DNA of 64,000 nt from Mobula hypostoma (lineage: Eukaryota), in assembly GCF_963921235.1 (NCBI RefSeq), contig NC_086097.1, positions 68,574,001-68,638,000 of the forward strand, read 5' to 3'. The position numbers and the translations under genes were made by a program. Position 1 is the first letter of the stretch. Each line of letters begins with the position of its first letter. This document shows, piece by piece, positions 28,800-41,758 of the stretch. The notes under the pieces are model-generated. The model was given only the letters and a program-made list of their open reading frames with translations. It had not been told where the DNA came from and did no database searches.

Positions 28800-29190
28800 G
28801 AGAGCTACATCAAGAGTTCATTTCCCATGACAGTCCAAGCAAAATCTAAATACAATAGCTAAATACATCTTTTTTCTTTAACACTTGTTTGATAAATATC
28901 AGTGTGCAAAATTCTATTTCACATATTAGGTTTGCAAACAGCGAAGGACTCAAACATAGAAGAAGGTGATAATCAAATTTGACTAACTTTGCATCATTTT
29001 GAAGTTCCAAACCTACCTGATCATTTGTCAGAAGGCTTACGACATGGATCTTTCGAAGTATAATCTTCTTGTTTTCTCCCCATTCTTTATAAGCAAGCAA
29101 TACAGAACTTTTGCAGTATAAATGTAATCTTTATTCAGGCTTATGATTCATTCTTGGTTTTACTCCACAGAAAACTGGATGGGAGGACTA
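28800..29190 (-). pseudogene. LYST-like segment
   Basis: YHLLLCLS~INLFLCVA; IFIKQVLKKKDVFSYCI*IL~VFQKQFYRLGGFRVCHKLI. Confidence 0.6.
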
Positions 29191-29879
29191 CTTTGAAGTA
29201 GTTAAAGTGTTGATTTTGTAATTGTGAATTTTGAACCACAATAATTAAATGTTAACAAGATTACCTGTTAACAATTAATTCATTTTAAAAGTTAATTACC
29301 ATTATGTATACACTTTTTCTTTATGGGAACTAAATAATAATTCTTATTACTTCAGGATATGGCAATATTAAAACATTTAAACTGTAAGCATTATCATCTG
29401 AAACACCAGATAAAGAAAACAGTATATTAATTCACTGCCTGATGAATGAGTTATTATACTGATACTTCTTTAACAAGATACTTTACTACATAGAAAGAAG
29501 CCATGACAATTTCCGTTAATAAAAATTCGTTAATCCCCTTCCATACTATTTCCTGTGTAACCAGGCAATTTATTTTCTCTCACACACTCTTCAAATCTCC
29601 TTTTATTCTTCGTAACTTCCCTTCTCCAGGGAGAATTTATATAACTCAATTAACTCTCAGCAGATCTTTGGGATAAGGAAGGGAAATGGAGAACATAGAA
29701 GAATCTATGTGGTCACGGGGGCGGCGGGGGGGGGGGAGTAGATGCAAATTGCACAAGAGAACCACCTGAAGTCAGATCACACACAGGTCACTGGAACTGA
29801 GGGAGTAGCACTGACTGCTGTATCACGGTGCCACTTTCAGAAAATACATGGCTATTCTTATTATATTTATTTATTTCAC

Positions 29880-29956
29880 CTGTCATATTAATCGCCTCTG
29901 GTGATTGAGTTATCAGTGAAATTCCAAGGATGACACAGACCTGAGATCTAAACAAT
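29880..29956 (-). pseudogene. Small LYST-like exon candidate
   Basis: ttttctttcag acceptor and ag|gtgaaa donor. QSPEAI~DSPQSL at the expected position. Confidence 0.4.
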
Positions 29957-30119
29957 CTGAAAGAAAACTGAATAAGCTCCACTGTTTTTCATTAGAAATA
30001 CCATTATTTAAGAACTACAATCCAACATTCTAAAACATGAGGAGAAACAAATAACATACAAATAAATAGTTTAACCTAGGCTAACAAAACAAATTGCAAG
30101 CATATTGTAAAGTATAACT

Positions 30120-30456
30120 CTAATACAATAATAGTGTTCCGAAGGATTTTTCCCCCCACTGGCTGTAGATACACAGAACGGTTTTTGATTCATTTATCAT
30201 ATTTTTTCTAATAAAAATCAAGCTGGAGAAGCACAAACAAGCAAATACATTGGCAAATATTGAAGTGGTCAAAAGAACTAACTTTGTGAGCAGAGAACTT
30301 AAGTACTGCCACTTTTTGCTCGATGACTTCTCAGAAAAAAAGTGAAATGACCATCCCAACTTTTGGTATTTTACATGATGCTTCCAAATACACTTTTTCT
30401 TCTCATTATAGAAACAATCAGACATTTTTAGAATGTGGTTGAAGTGATACTCTCAA
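30120..30456 (-). pseudogene. LYST-like segment
   Basis: YHFNHIL~YIFNPVL; QYLSSLLTKLV~QIYVKTLPILL; EKSFGTLLL~LKAFETLII. Mostly open (ORF 30120..30425). Confidence 0.65.
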
Positions 30457-30619
30457 CTGTATTATTTATTTAAATAGCTAGAACTAGTTTAGAATGAACT
30501 ACAGAAAGATGCAACAATTGTACAGATCTATCAACTATTGCTCAACCATACAACAACCTGCATTAAGTACTAAAACAACCATGTGACTTAATGAAGAACA
30601 AATTAAAATATTTCAAACT

Positions 30620-33450
30620 TTAAAGGTGACATTGCGTACAGCACCTGCGTTCAGAATCCCTGATACAGGTAAACCATTTACTCTGTACGTCAATGAGAAA
30701 CACACAAGGGCAGCCTTAACTCAACAACATGAAAACTGACACCGTCCTGTTGGTTATTACTCTGCCAAAGATCAGATTTTGTACACTGATGGCTCCTCAA
30801 TCATTGAGAGAGGAAGTTGAATGGTTGTTCCTGAAACTGAAATGCTAGCATCAGAAAGATTGGCTCCTGGTACCTCTGTGCAGTAGGCAGAACTAAAGAT
30901 CCTGATTGAAGCCTGTGAATTAGCACAGGGGTCCCCAACCTTTTTATTCTTGCGGACCGGCCGGGGGGGGAGGGTTGTCAATGGACAAGAGTAGCAGTCA
31001 AATATGTGGTTTACCCCGAGAAAGACTACAATGACCATGAAACCTTGCGTGGGCACCAGTGCGCATGTGTGTACATGCCAATTTTTTCCTACAAATCGTT
31101 TTTGGCGATTCTGTTCGGGGGTGGGGGTGTTAATCACAACCAGAATATAGGTGATAAGTGGCTAATACACTCAACTTCACTTCTAAAAGGGTTTATCTAA
31201 CAAATTTAATATTAAACACACAGTGCATATTTTCCTCGCATAAGTATAGTGATAAGTCAATTATCAGGGGAGGACAGGGGAGCTTGAAGTAAGTGTTGAA
31301 CGAACTTCCAGTAGAAGTGGTGGAGGCAAGTTCCATATTATCATTTAAAGAAAAACTGGATAGGTATATGGACAGGAAAGAAATGGAGGGTTATGGGCTG
31401 AGTGCAGGTCGGTGGGACTAGGTGAAAGTAGCGTTCGGCATGGACTAGAAGGGCAGAGATGGCCTGTTTCCGTGCTGTAATTGTTATATGGTTATATAAG
31501 TCAATAGCATCATAACATTTTAAGTAACGTTTGGATATTAAACACACAGCACTTATTTTCCATGTATGAACATATAAAATCATTGCAACACACCAATACC
31601 GCTGAATCAGTGGGAGCCCTGGGCTGAATACTTGTTCCCTGCAACAAGATGGTCCCATCCAGGGGTGATGGGAGACAGCGATTCTCCAAGGGGGTTCCTT
31701 ATGTCCAGTCTATTCCGCAATTTAGTTTTCGTTGCATTCATTGCAGAGATATGTTGGAAATGGAAGCAATGTTTTTAGTGCTTTCGTGGCTATCTCAGGA
31801 TATTTAGCCTTGACTTTGATCCAGAATGCCAGCAGAGATGTTATGTCAAACATGCTTTTCAGCCCGCCGTCACTTGCAAGCTCAAGGAACTGATCACCTT
31901 GCCGCGCGAGTCATGACCTCGCATGCGTAATGACCTCACGTGCATTCAAGTTCAACAGTGCGTGACAGAGAATGAGGAAAGGTGCAGCTGACTCATATCG
32001 CCAAATCATATCGTTTCCTCGCGGCCCGGTAGCACATACTTTGTGGCCCGGTGGTTGGGGACCGCTGAATTAGCAGAAGGAAGATCAACTAGTATCTACA
32101 TTGATTCTCAATATGCTTTCAGAGTTGTTCACAATTTTGGAAACTTATGGAGACAAAGAGGATTTTTTACTGCTGAAGGAATCCCAATCAAGAATGGGCA
32201 ACTAGTACAAGAACTTATGAATGCCATACAACTGCCATCAGAAGCTGCTGCATTAAAATGTAAACGCCTCTCCAAAATAAGTACAATGAAAAGCAGTGGA
32301 AATGCACTCACAGATGAAATTGCAAAAAAAGGTGGCATGAGAAGTAAAATAAGAACAAAGAACATATGCAGTGAACCCAACAACTGGAATTATAGAAACA
32401 AAGTTGAACTCTGTATCACAGATGAACATAGAAGATTATCTAGCACAGTAAGTACACTCCCCAGGACACATTGAAATGCAAAAAATGATCGACAGATTCT
32501 CCTAATAGAGGTGGAATCCAAAGCTCAGGGCACAAGCTCAACAAATATTTGAAAGATGGACGAAAACGAATCCTGGACCAGCAGAAAAGCTACTACAATT
32601 AAACGCTCCTGCCCCATCTGGTCTCCTTTTACCCTTACAAGTGGACTATATTTCTTTACCAACATGTCAAGGATATTCAGATGTACTGGTAATAGCGGAC
32701 ACGTTTTCATGATATGTGGAAGCTATTCCAGCAAGGAAAGCCGCTGCCACACATACTTTGATCATGGACTATATTCCTAGATGGGGATTGTCATCACATC
32801 AACACTGACCAAGGAAAACATTCCATTGAGAGTGTTTGTCAGGAATTATGTCAACTGATGAATATTAGACGGTCTTTTCATCGCCCACATCACCCAGAGT
32901 CATCAGGACAAGCTGAACAAATGAATAAAATCATTAAACTAAGTATCATGGGGAAGGTGTACCATGGCCTATAGCTCTTCCTATGGTTTTATGTAGCATC
33001 AGAGCCACCCCAAAAAAAGAACACTAAACTAAGTTTATTCGAGGTGGTAACAGGACATTCTATGTCACTGCCGGGAACCCTCAATCCCAGAGAGGCTAAT
33101 AGATGCATAATCGCTGGCAGTTTAGTTATCTTTGTGTGAAATTAACCCAAGCTGTACAATCTCTTTCTCAAGAGGTTTCTGCCACTTGGAGTGATCCAAC
33201 AGAAGGAGGACATACCCTGATTACTGGTGAGTGGGTCCTGATTAAGAAACCACATTGGAACCACTGGGAATTCAATGAGAAGATCCTTATCAAGTGTCGT
33301 TGGTTCCCAACTCAATTGTGAAAGTAAAAGGCAAAAGTTAAGTGTATACACATCAGCCACTGCATATGAGCTGAAGTGGTTCCCAACGAGGTCAAGCACT
33401 GTCGTTAGTGTGATAGAGACCTCTTGACCCACTGCTTACACTGTTGGGCT
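30620..33450 (+). mobile_element. Endogenous retrovirus-like pol remnant (RT connection, RNase H, integrase), split by a hAT element
   Basis: PFTLYVNE..HRPVGYYS; YTDGS; Q*AELKILIEACELA|EGRSTSIYIDSQYAFRVVHNFGNLWRQRGF; IFPRWG; HHPESSGQAEQMN. The RNase H wording resembles fish ERV1/epsilon-like elements. Confidence 0.8.
30926..32067 (-). mobile_element. Non-autonomous hAT-Charlie element containing a CR1 3' fragment (~31300-31497)
   Basis: TIRs CAGGGGTCCCCAACC/GGTTGGGGACCGCTG. Perfect 8-bp TSD AATTAGCA. Minus strand gives YPEIATKALKTLLPFPTYLC (hAT dimerization domain). Confidence 0.95.
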
Positions 33451-34371
33451 AGAGTGTGTAAATCATGAACCAGCCAGAAGACTTCAAGCAAGCCGATAAC
33501 TACTAGACATTATGAAGTTTATTCTACTATTTTTTGTTGTTGTATTATTTTTGCCAATTTACCTTATTTACAATGACTACTAATACTATGCTTTGTCATA
33601 ATTTACATCTTTTTTACTTGTTTAAAGGTGATCATTAATAGAATAGCTCAAACTCAAATAAGCATGCCTACTAATCTGCCTAACCATGACATAATCGTAT
33701 GAATACTTTGAAGAATATACACCCTTTGATATTTCATAATTTAAGTAGTTTTTGAATATTTATATTTAACGTAGATACCACAAGCTTTTCCTTCTCTGAA
33801 TTTTTAGATGTAATGATTCTAAATGTGTTATTTAGAATCCTTGGATTAATCCAAGTTTTTTTTCATAGTCAGGAAAGAGACACAATTGTTTTATTAAGTG
33901 TTGACAGAACAAAGGAAACATGAACAAAAGTTAGTAGCAGAAGTCTCATGATCAAAGATTAAAACATCAGAATCCAACAGGCATGACAAGAAAAAGATGA
34001 GCAACAATTCAAACCAAATCATTTTTGGAAGACTGATGAAACTATTTCTTTCCATTAAATTTAGTCAGCAAAATTTGTCAGCAATCCTCTAATTGTCAGG
34101 AGCTAAACAATTACAGGTTTATCACATCATTCTGTCTGTAAAATAAAATAAAGCTGTTGCGATATATCAATGCCATCTCCTCTTTCCAAAAGTATGAATG
34201 TTTAATTCCCTTTCTTTTTATCCCACTGATAATTTGTCTGAAAACCTTATATCCTTGAGCATTCAGCTATATCTTCCTCACTTTAAGCCATGTTTTAAGT
34301 TATCATTTGTACCTCAGTTTATCTTCTTCATTAACTATAAGTCTTGCTTCAAGTATATGCCATTAAACACT

Positions 34372-34945
34372 CGTAACTCTCGCTTTGGCTAGCAGCTTAA
34401 TATAGGGGATGATAGCCCCTCGCCAGCCCGGCCAAACTTAAGAAATCTTGTTTGGGTGGATGCTGTGCAATGTGTCCAGTTACAAATCAGTACCACAAAA
34501 TAACAAACAGTATGTGATTAAACGATTGAGCTTTATAATTCTAAATTTGACTATATGGTTAGTTAAGAAAACAAAAAAATAGAAAGTGCCCATTCTCATG
34601 AAACAGTCCAATGCACAAACGTTGGAGCTCACTGACAAGGCTCTTCATCCACTATCGACCTCCCTCGATCGTCGCTGACCTTCGGACCCTCGCTCCAAGT
34701 CCACTCCATCTGAGGTCTAACAACTCTGTCCATTCATACCTTCTCTCATCTCTCTCCAGCAAAAGAACCACGAATTCCCAGCTCCCAGACACACAAGAAA
34801 GAACAACATCCTGCTCATTGGCAAGCATATCCAGTTATCTCTAGTCATAACCCAAACTTTGCTGCTACAAAGAAATCATTACCTCAGCAATGGAACATTA
34901 CAGAGAAGCCATTACATTAGCAGTGAAACCGTACAGTGTGTTACA
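34372..34945. mobile_element. Solo LTR (Gypsy-like)
   Basis: Termini CGTAAC (TG mutated to CG)...GTTACA with a 4-bp TSD CACT. Confidence 0.8.
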
Positions 34946-35669
34946 CACTGCATTTAAGAATCAATGTGCAGTTTTTCATGGTGAAGAAAGAAACAGCAAA
35001 ATTGTTAAAAAAATATTTTTCTCATGCCTTTGCAGTGGGAAACATTGAAAACAAATAAAAAAAGATGGAGCACAAAAAGGGAAAAATTAAACCAGTTATC
35101 AACTAATCAAAACCAAGAGAAAAATAACTAATGGAACTAATATCCGACAAACCCCAGGAATTAATGACTTTAGAGTTTGCAAAGCAAAGGCTGTATGTAC
35201 ATTGGTTCTGATTTCATATTTCCCTATATCTCAAGATCATCAATGCAACACTGTTTTCCAGAAAGAAGACTGAGAAAACATGAAACTACAGTTGAGTTAG
35301 CCTAACATCTGTTATCAGGAAAAATGGTGGAAATACTCAACAGAGTCAGTTTCAGGCCAAAAATCCTTCCTTAAAAACTGAGAACTTCCAGCACTTTCTG
35401 ATCTTGATTTTATTTAAAAGGTTGGTAGCTAATGAATTCTGATGTTCAGTCAGATGTGGGTGTTCTTGCACAAGATACACACAGTCAATATGCAGTTACA
35501 ACTAGTAATCAGGAAGGCAAATGTAGAAAAGCCTTGCTGCATCTTTATAGGTTTTGGTGAGACTACTGCTTATCTGGAATACTGCAAAAAGTCTGATCTC
35601 TTGATTTCCAAGAGAAAATATGTGTCTTTGAGGCAGTGCACAGAGATTGTTCACTAGATTTATTCCTAC

Positions 35670-35800
35670 GCTAACTACTACTACGTCGAGTCAGACCTAG
35701 GGGGCCGGCGTCAGGCACGATGACAGACTCTCCACTTCTCCCTACTCCTCATCAGTGTGTTCAGTTCATCTACATTAGCTGTGCCGCTGTCTTCTAGGTG
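35670..35800 (-). mobile_element. Short LINE 3' end (RTE-like)
   Basis: (tag)n tail and CpG-rich 3' sequence abutting the large LYST-like exon. Confidence 0.45.
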
Positions 35801-35819
35801 TTGTTAAATAATGAAATAC

Positions 35820-38152
35820 TCATTTAGCCAACTATTTTGTTGGAGATTTGAAGAATGAAAAGTAGTTTTCTTGAGCTATATGAGGTTCTGTAGGAACCAG
35901 TTTCCTCCTCAATCCCCAAAACTTGGGATATTTGGTTAATTGGCGGCTGTAAATTGCTGCTAGTGTTCCTCAAGTTTCTTGAATAATTGGTAATTTCACA
36001 AGTAGTCCACAATGCTGAATGCATAAATCTTAATGTAATTGCCACAGGTGAATTAGTTTCCCAGGGATCCTTGCTTGGTCTGGAAATCCATTTGATTGGT
36101 CAGAAGAATGAACAATTGGTATGTCTGGAGTTGACCATAGATCATTAGGTGCTCACAGGCTTTTTAATCAGCATTAATGGTACACATACTTTAACAGGTT
36201 TCTCATATTAAGATAAAACTGTGATTTCATATTTTAAGCACACAGACAGGATTCTACGAGGGTGTTTTCATACCTGATTGAGCAGGTGTATTGATGGACA
36301 TTATTCGTTTCAGTCTGAGAGCCTGGAAAGCTTTGAGCATGCATTTATCACAACTGCACCAAATCAACTATTATGTGCTTCTTATAGATCCACTTAGGCA
36401 ATTCATTCCATCAAACCATTTAATAGGGAGTTTCCTTCATTGCTATAAATCATGGGTAGAAATTTAATAAACTATTTAAAAGGGCCTCCTAGGCACAAGG
36501 CAGTTGATATGACACACAGGCGACACTCATATGAAAGATTTGACACAATCAGAATTCCTTGAGCCATGAAGTAAATCTCACTCTCTCACCCCAATCATTA
36601 CTTAAAGCATAACTCATCTGCAGGAAGCAATGTACAAGTGTTTTTAAACTTTCGACATTTGTTACATCAACATTGATAAAAACAGAAGAAAATGTACAGA
36701 GATCCTTACCAAGATTTTTCCTAAAGAAGTGATGGATAATAGTGGTGGTAGTCTACCCAGTAAAATCTTTTGAGTAATGCTTGATGGCATGGTAATTTTG
36801 CTTACTCCTGCAGAAGACGACATTACTTTGATGTTGCTTTTCCTCAGGCTCATCCTTGTCCTCCTCTATGACTTTCTCTTGGTCCTCCTCATGGGTTGGC
36901 ACCTCTTTTGCTGGTTATATTGCCTTGTAAAGTACGCAACAACGTACAATGACAAAAATCTGTTGGGTGTACAGCCTGAACGAGTGGAGATAGTGGAATC
37001 TCATCTTGAGAACACTATCTGCATTCTTCATTATTGTTCCAGTTATGCTACAACATTCATTAGAGTGCTCTCCAGCAGGAGTAGGTGGAGTGTGTATGGT
37101 GTTAGAAGCAAATGAAAAAATGCAGCTTTCTTCACCCAAGATCCAACAATCAGGGAAATGCCATCTTCTAAAATGAATTCCCTTAGCATGAAGGAGCCAC
37201 ATAACCTTCCAAAATAATGGCATGGACCATGAAAAATATTACTATTCGTAATTAAAGACCGCAGTAAGATTGAACAAGTATGAGCGTTCAAGAGTTTCTG
37301 AACTTTCAGTACAGATTCCACAACTACAAAGCATCGGAGAAGCTGGCAACCTACCAAACCTGCCTGTGCAAAGCATATTCTTACTGAAGGAAAAATAGAG
37401 AAAATCACTTCTCATGGAGAATAGACCATCAGTTACATCTCAAAATCTGTTGTCTACAAATTGTGAGATACAGCAGAGATCAGGCACAATCTGATTCTAA
37501 AACTAGGAAATTCAGAGGGATTTGATGAACAATCCCTCCATGAAAATGATTGGAAGTCTGCCAGCAGAATGACACATAATTTATATGTCACCGTGACAAC
37601 TACGTTTGTAAAGCCGTGCCTGCAGTGATATTCTATGTGGCCACATGTTCCTATCAGTGTGACATCTGTATCCTTTGACTGCCAGAGCATGGCCACAGGT
37701 ACCCTTGTTGAATATTTAGCAAGTGAAAAAGTTTTTGAACCAGAACTCAAACTGATTGTCTGATTGAGACTTCTGAAGCTTTAGAAAATCCTTCTGAGAG
37801 ATTTGTAGCTTCCTATTATAATGTGAGAGTTTCAAATCATGTTCTAATGGAGATTGCAAAGCATAGAGAGCAGCAATTTTTGAACTGCCTAACTTCAGAC
37901 CCTGTCTAGACCTGGGAGCTCCAATATATTTCAGCAACAATGAGAAATGGCTTTACATGATAACTGACATCAGCAGCTGCACAGGTGATGCCAAAAATGT
38001 GTAACTTCTGCTGGCAAGGATCCTAACCAGAAGTGTGCAATTAAATTACCCAAAGAGGCTCAAGGTAATCTGAAAATGGTGACAGTCTTGTTCTGCCTTG
38101 GGTAAAAATAATTTTCCATCACTGAGAAAACCAGCACTAAACAGTTAAGTAT
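35820..38152 (-). pseudogene. Large (~2.3 kb) decayed LYST-like exon
   Basis: Acceptor tttttccctag. Matches in order: (D)T*LFSAGF~DFNLPLSAD; YKLCVILLADFQSFSWRD~FDLCHVLLSLLEKVCKFD; QIVPDL~SVVPTL; LREFILEDGISLI~VQEFIQHHGFNLF; AGEH..TIMKNADSVLKMRFHYLH~ASEH..SVMKIMSTVKKVKSEQLH; MLKAFQ~LLHAFK; LQISNKI~IQIANHI. Many stops and frameshifts. Confidence 0.75.
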
Positions 38153-39828
38153 CTAGGGAAAAATATTTGGTTAGAATTAAAGAACAATCCAAGAGATAAT
38201 GAGCTACTAGGGATATTCAGTAAGTCACTGTAGCACAGTACAGTCAATTAGATGAGGGAGGAATGAGTGGATAGGGAGATGATGGTGTTTAATTATCCTG
38301 CTATAGACTAGACAGTGTGCAGATGGAAAACAAGGGAATGGATTCCTGAAATATAAACTAGGAACTTTCTTGATTTGCACGTTTCCAAACTGATAAGGAA
38401 GAAAACAATTCTGGATCTGCTTCTAGACAATAAATGGAGGTAAAGGGATCTTGCACGGTAAAAGGGCACTTGCGGAAGAACGCAAACATTGCTATCAACA
38501 ATTATTGTGAAAGGGAAGTACAAGCATGCATTAAAATACACAAAAAAGGAGGGATCAGGCTCCGAAATGAAAAATGGGAAATCACTGATACTGAACAATG
38601 ACAGCCTTCAAAAGGGAGACTGTTCAGGCATGGAGGAAAGCCATTCCTGTAAGCAAGAATGGAAGAGCATTCCCTCGTTCAAGATATATTAATTAAGATG
38701 AGACCAGCAAAGGAAGGCATATCACAATTGTAAGGTTCATAGATAAGAGGAATATACAAGGAACAAGATAGGTGGAGGTTAGGAGAATAATGAAGCAGCT
38801 GTTAAAAGAAAGCCCAAGCAATAGCCCGGGTGTTTTATAAAAACATGCAAGTAGGGAAAAGGTAGATGGGGTTGATTAAAATACAAAATAGAGATCTGCT
38901 GACAGAATAAGAAGGCATGGTACATGTATTAAATAAGAATTTTGGATCAGTGGAGAAAGGCTGACACTACCTCACTATTTTGCTTTCTTGTTATACTATT
39001 TATTTTTTAATATATCTTACAGTAATTTTTGCTGTATTGCATAGTACTGCTGCCACAATATAGCATATTTCACGACTTATGTCAGTGATAAACTGATTCT
39101 AATTCAATGCACGCAGTCAACTCAGAGTCAATGTGTGCAACTTGATGGCATAAACATTGATTTCTCTAAATTCTAGTAACCACTCCCCTCTGCTCCAATC
39201 CCGCCCCAATTTGCTTTCCATTATTTTGGTGGCCCTTGCACCCTTTCTTCCCCTCACTCACCCTCATGACCTGCCCATCACCTCCATCTGGTTCTCCACT
39301 TCCAAAGGTGTGGACAGAATACAGCTCTGGTACAGCATCACTTTGGTGTGGATGCTATACTTGGATGGTCTTAAACCCATGTTTAAGAGCCAGTATCAGG
39401 AATATTATCAAAACATTTTTAAGGTAGGATTTAATAAATTTGGAAAGTAGAGGTTTTTAACTGAAAATCAGCATTGATTTGTTAAAGATATAGTGTTTTC
39501 TTTACTTGATTGACTTCGTTAATTAATGGAAATGGTTGTTGTGAGTAGTATGTTTTAACATGGATTTTCTTAAGTTATTTATCCATATATCCCACAAATG
39601 TCAAAGTCAAATTTCTGCTATTGAGTGGCAGCATGGATTCAAAATTAGATAGTTTGGCAAATACACAAGAGATTCTGCAGATGCTGAAAATCTAGAGCAA
39701 CATGCACAAAATGCTACAGTAAGTCAGGCAGCATATATGGAGAGAATAAACAGTTGACATTTCTGTGTAAAAAGAAACTTAGTTTGACAACCCCCCGCTA
39801 CATTCTCCTCCAATCACCTTTAAATTAC

Positions 39829-40389
39829 ACTCACTGGACACATTATAAGTACACCTATACATTAATGTAAATATCTAATCAGCCAACCATGTGGCAGCAA
39901 CTCAATGCATAAAAGCATGCAAACATGGTCAAAAGAATCATTTGTTGTTCAAACAAAGCATCAGAATGGATAAGAAATGTGACCTAAGTGATTTTGACTG
40001 TAGACTGATTATTGGTGCCAGATGGGGTGGATTGAAAATCTCAGAAACTGCTGATCTCCTGGAATTTTCACACACAACATTCTCTGGAGTTTACAAAGAC
40101 TGGTACGAGAAACAAAAATATCCAGTGAGTGGGAGATCTGTGGGCAAAAATGCCTTGTTAATGAGGGAGGTCAGAGGAGAAAAATGCTAGACTGGTTCAA
40201 GCTGACAGGAAGGCAATAGCAACTCAAATAACCATGTGTTACATATAACAGTGGTGCGTGGAAGAGCATCTGAATTCACAACTCATCAAACCTTGAAGTG
40301 GATGGGCTACAGCAGCAATAGACCATGAATATACACTCAGTGGTCACTTTATAAGTTAGAGGTAATAACTAGTAAAGTGGCCACTGAAT
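39829..40389 (+). mobile_element. Internally deleted Tc1-like DNA transposon
   Basis: TA-CACTCACTGG start, CCACTGA end. MDKKCDLSDFD..GARWGGLKISETADLL is a Tc1 HTH N-terminus. Confidence 0.85.
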
Positions 40390-41758
40390 TTATGTCCCCT
40401 TGTTTTAGCCATTTCTGCCCTGGAAAGAAGTCTAACTATCCACTAAATATATGGTTTTTATCATCTTGTACACCTCTATCATTGCCTCTCATCCTCCGCT
40501 GCCATAGCTCACTCAACTGATCCTCATAAAACATGCTCTCTAATCTTGGCAGCATCCTGGTAAATCTCCTCTGCACCTTCTTTGAAGCTTCAACATCCTT
40601 CCTAAAATGAGGCTACCAGAACTGAACACAATATTCCAAATGCATCATCTAACCAGGGTTTTATAGGGTAACAACATGATGTCGTGGCTCTTGAAGTCAA
40701 TCTCCAACTAATGAAGGCTAGTGCACTCTACACTATCAATTTGTGCAGCAACTTTGAGGAATCTATGGACATGGCCCCCAAGATCTTTCTGTTACTCCAC
40801 TTGGCTAAGAATTCTGCCATTAACCCTGTATTCTCCGTTCAAATTTGACCTTCCAAAGTGAATCACTTCCCACTTCTCCAGTTGAACTCCATCTGCTACT
40901 TCTCAGCCTAGCTCTGCATCCTGAAAACATTCTAATGTAAGCGACAACATTATTTGACACTATCCACAACTCCACCAACCTTCATGTTATCTGCAAATTT
41001 ACTAACCTACCTTTCCACTTCCTCATCCATGTCATTTATAAAAATCACAAACAGCGGTCCCAAAACAGATCACTGCAGAACACACTGGTCATTGACCAAG
41101 AGGCAGAATACACTCCATCCACAACCATCTGTCTTCGATAACCAAGCCAATCCTTAACCAGCACAGCTAAATCTCCCTAAATCCCATGTCTCCTGACTTT
41201 CTGAATAAGCCTACCATGGGGAAACATATCAAATGCCTTCCTAAAATCCAAACATCCTGTGCTCTACCTTCATCAAAGAGCTTTGTTACACCTCAAATAA
41301 TTCAGTCAAGCCATGCTGAAAATCCCTAATCAGACTATGAACATCGAACACAGAAATCTACAGCACATTACGGGCCCTTTGGCCCACAATGTTGTGCCGA
41401 CCATGCAACCTACTCTAGAAACTGCCTAGAATTTCCCTAGTGCATAGCCCTCTATTTTTCTAATCTCCATGTACCTACCTAAGAGGCTCTTAAAAGACCC
41501 TACTGTATCCACCTTCCACCGCTGCTGCTGGCAGTGCCTTCCACACACCCACCACTCTGTATGAAAAACTTACTCCGACATCCCCTCGGTACCTTTTTCC
41601 AAGCACCTTAAAACTATGGCCCCTCATGTTTAGCCATTTCAGCCCTGGGAAAAAGCCTCTGACTATCCACACGATCAATGCCGCTCATCATCTTATCAGG
41701 TCACCTTTCATCCTCTGTCGCTCCAAGGAGGAAAGGCCAAGTTCAATCGACCTATTCT

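Noticed and set aside
35820..38152. Endogenous RNA-virus polymerase, dynein-like (DNHD1), GREB1-like or WDR87-like origin for the long decayed coding region
   Set aside because: No diagnostic motifs of those proteins were found, whereas several ordered LYST motifs and a matching splice phase were.
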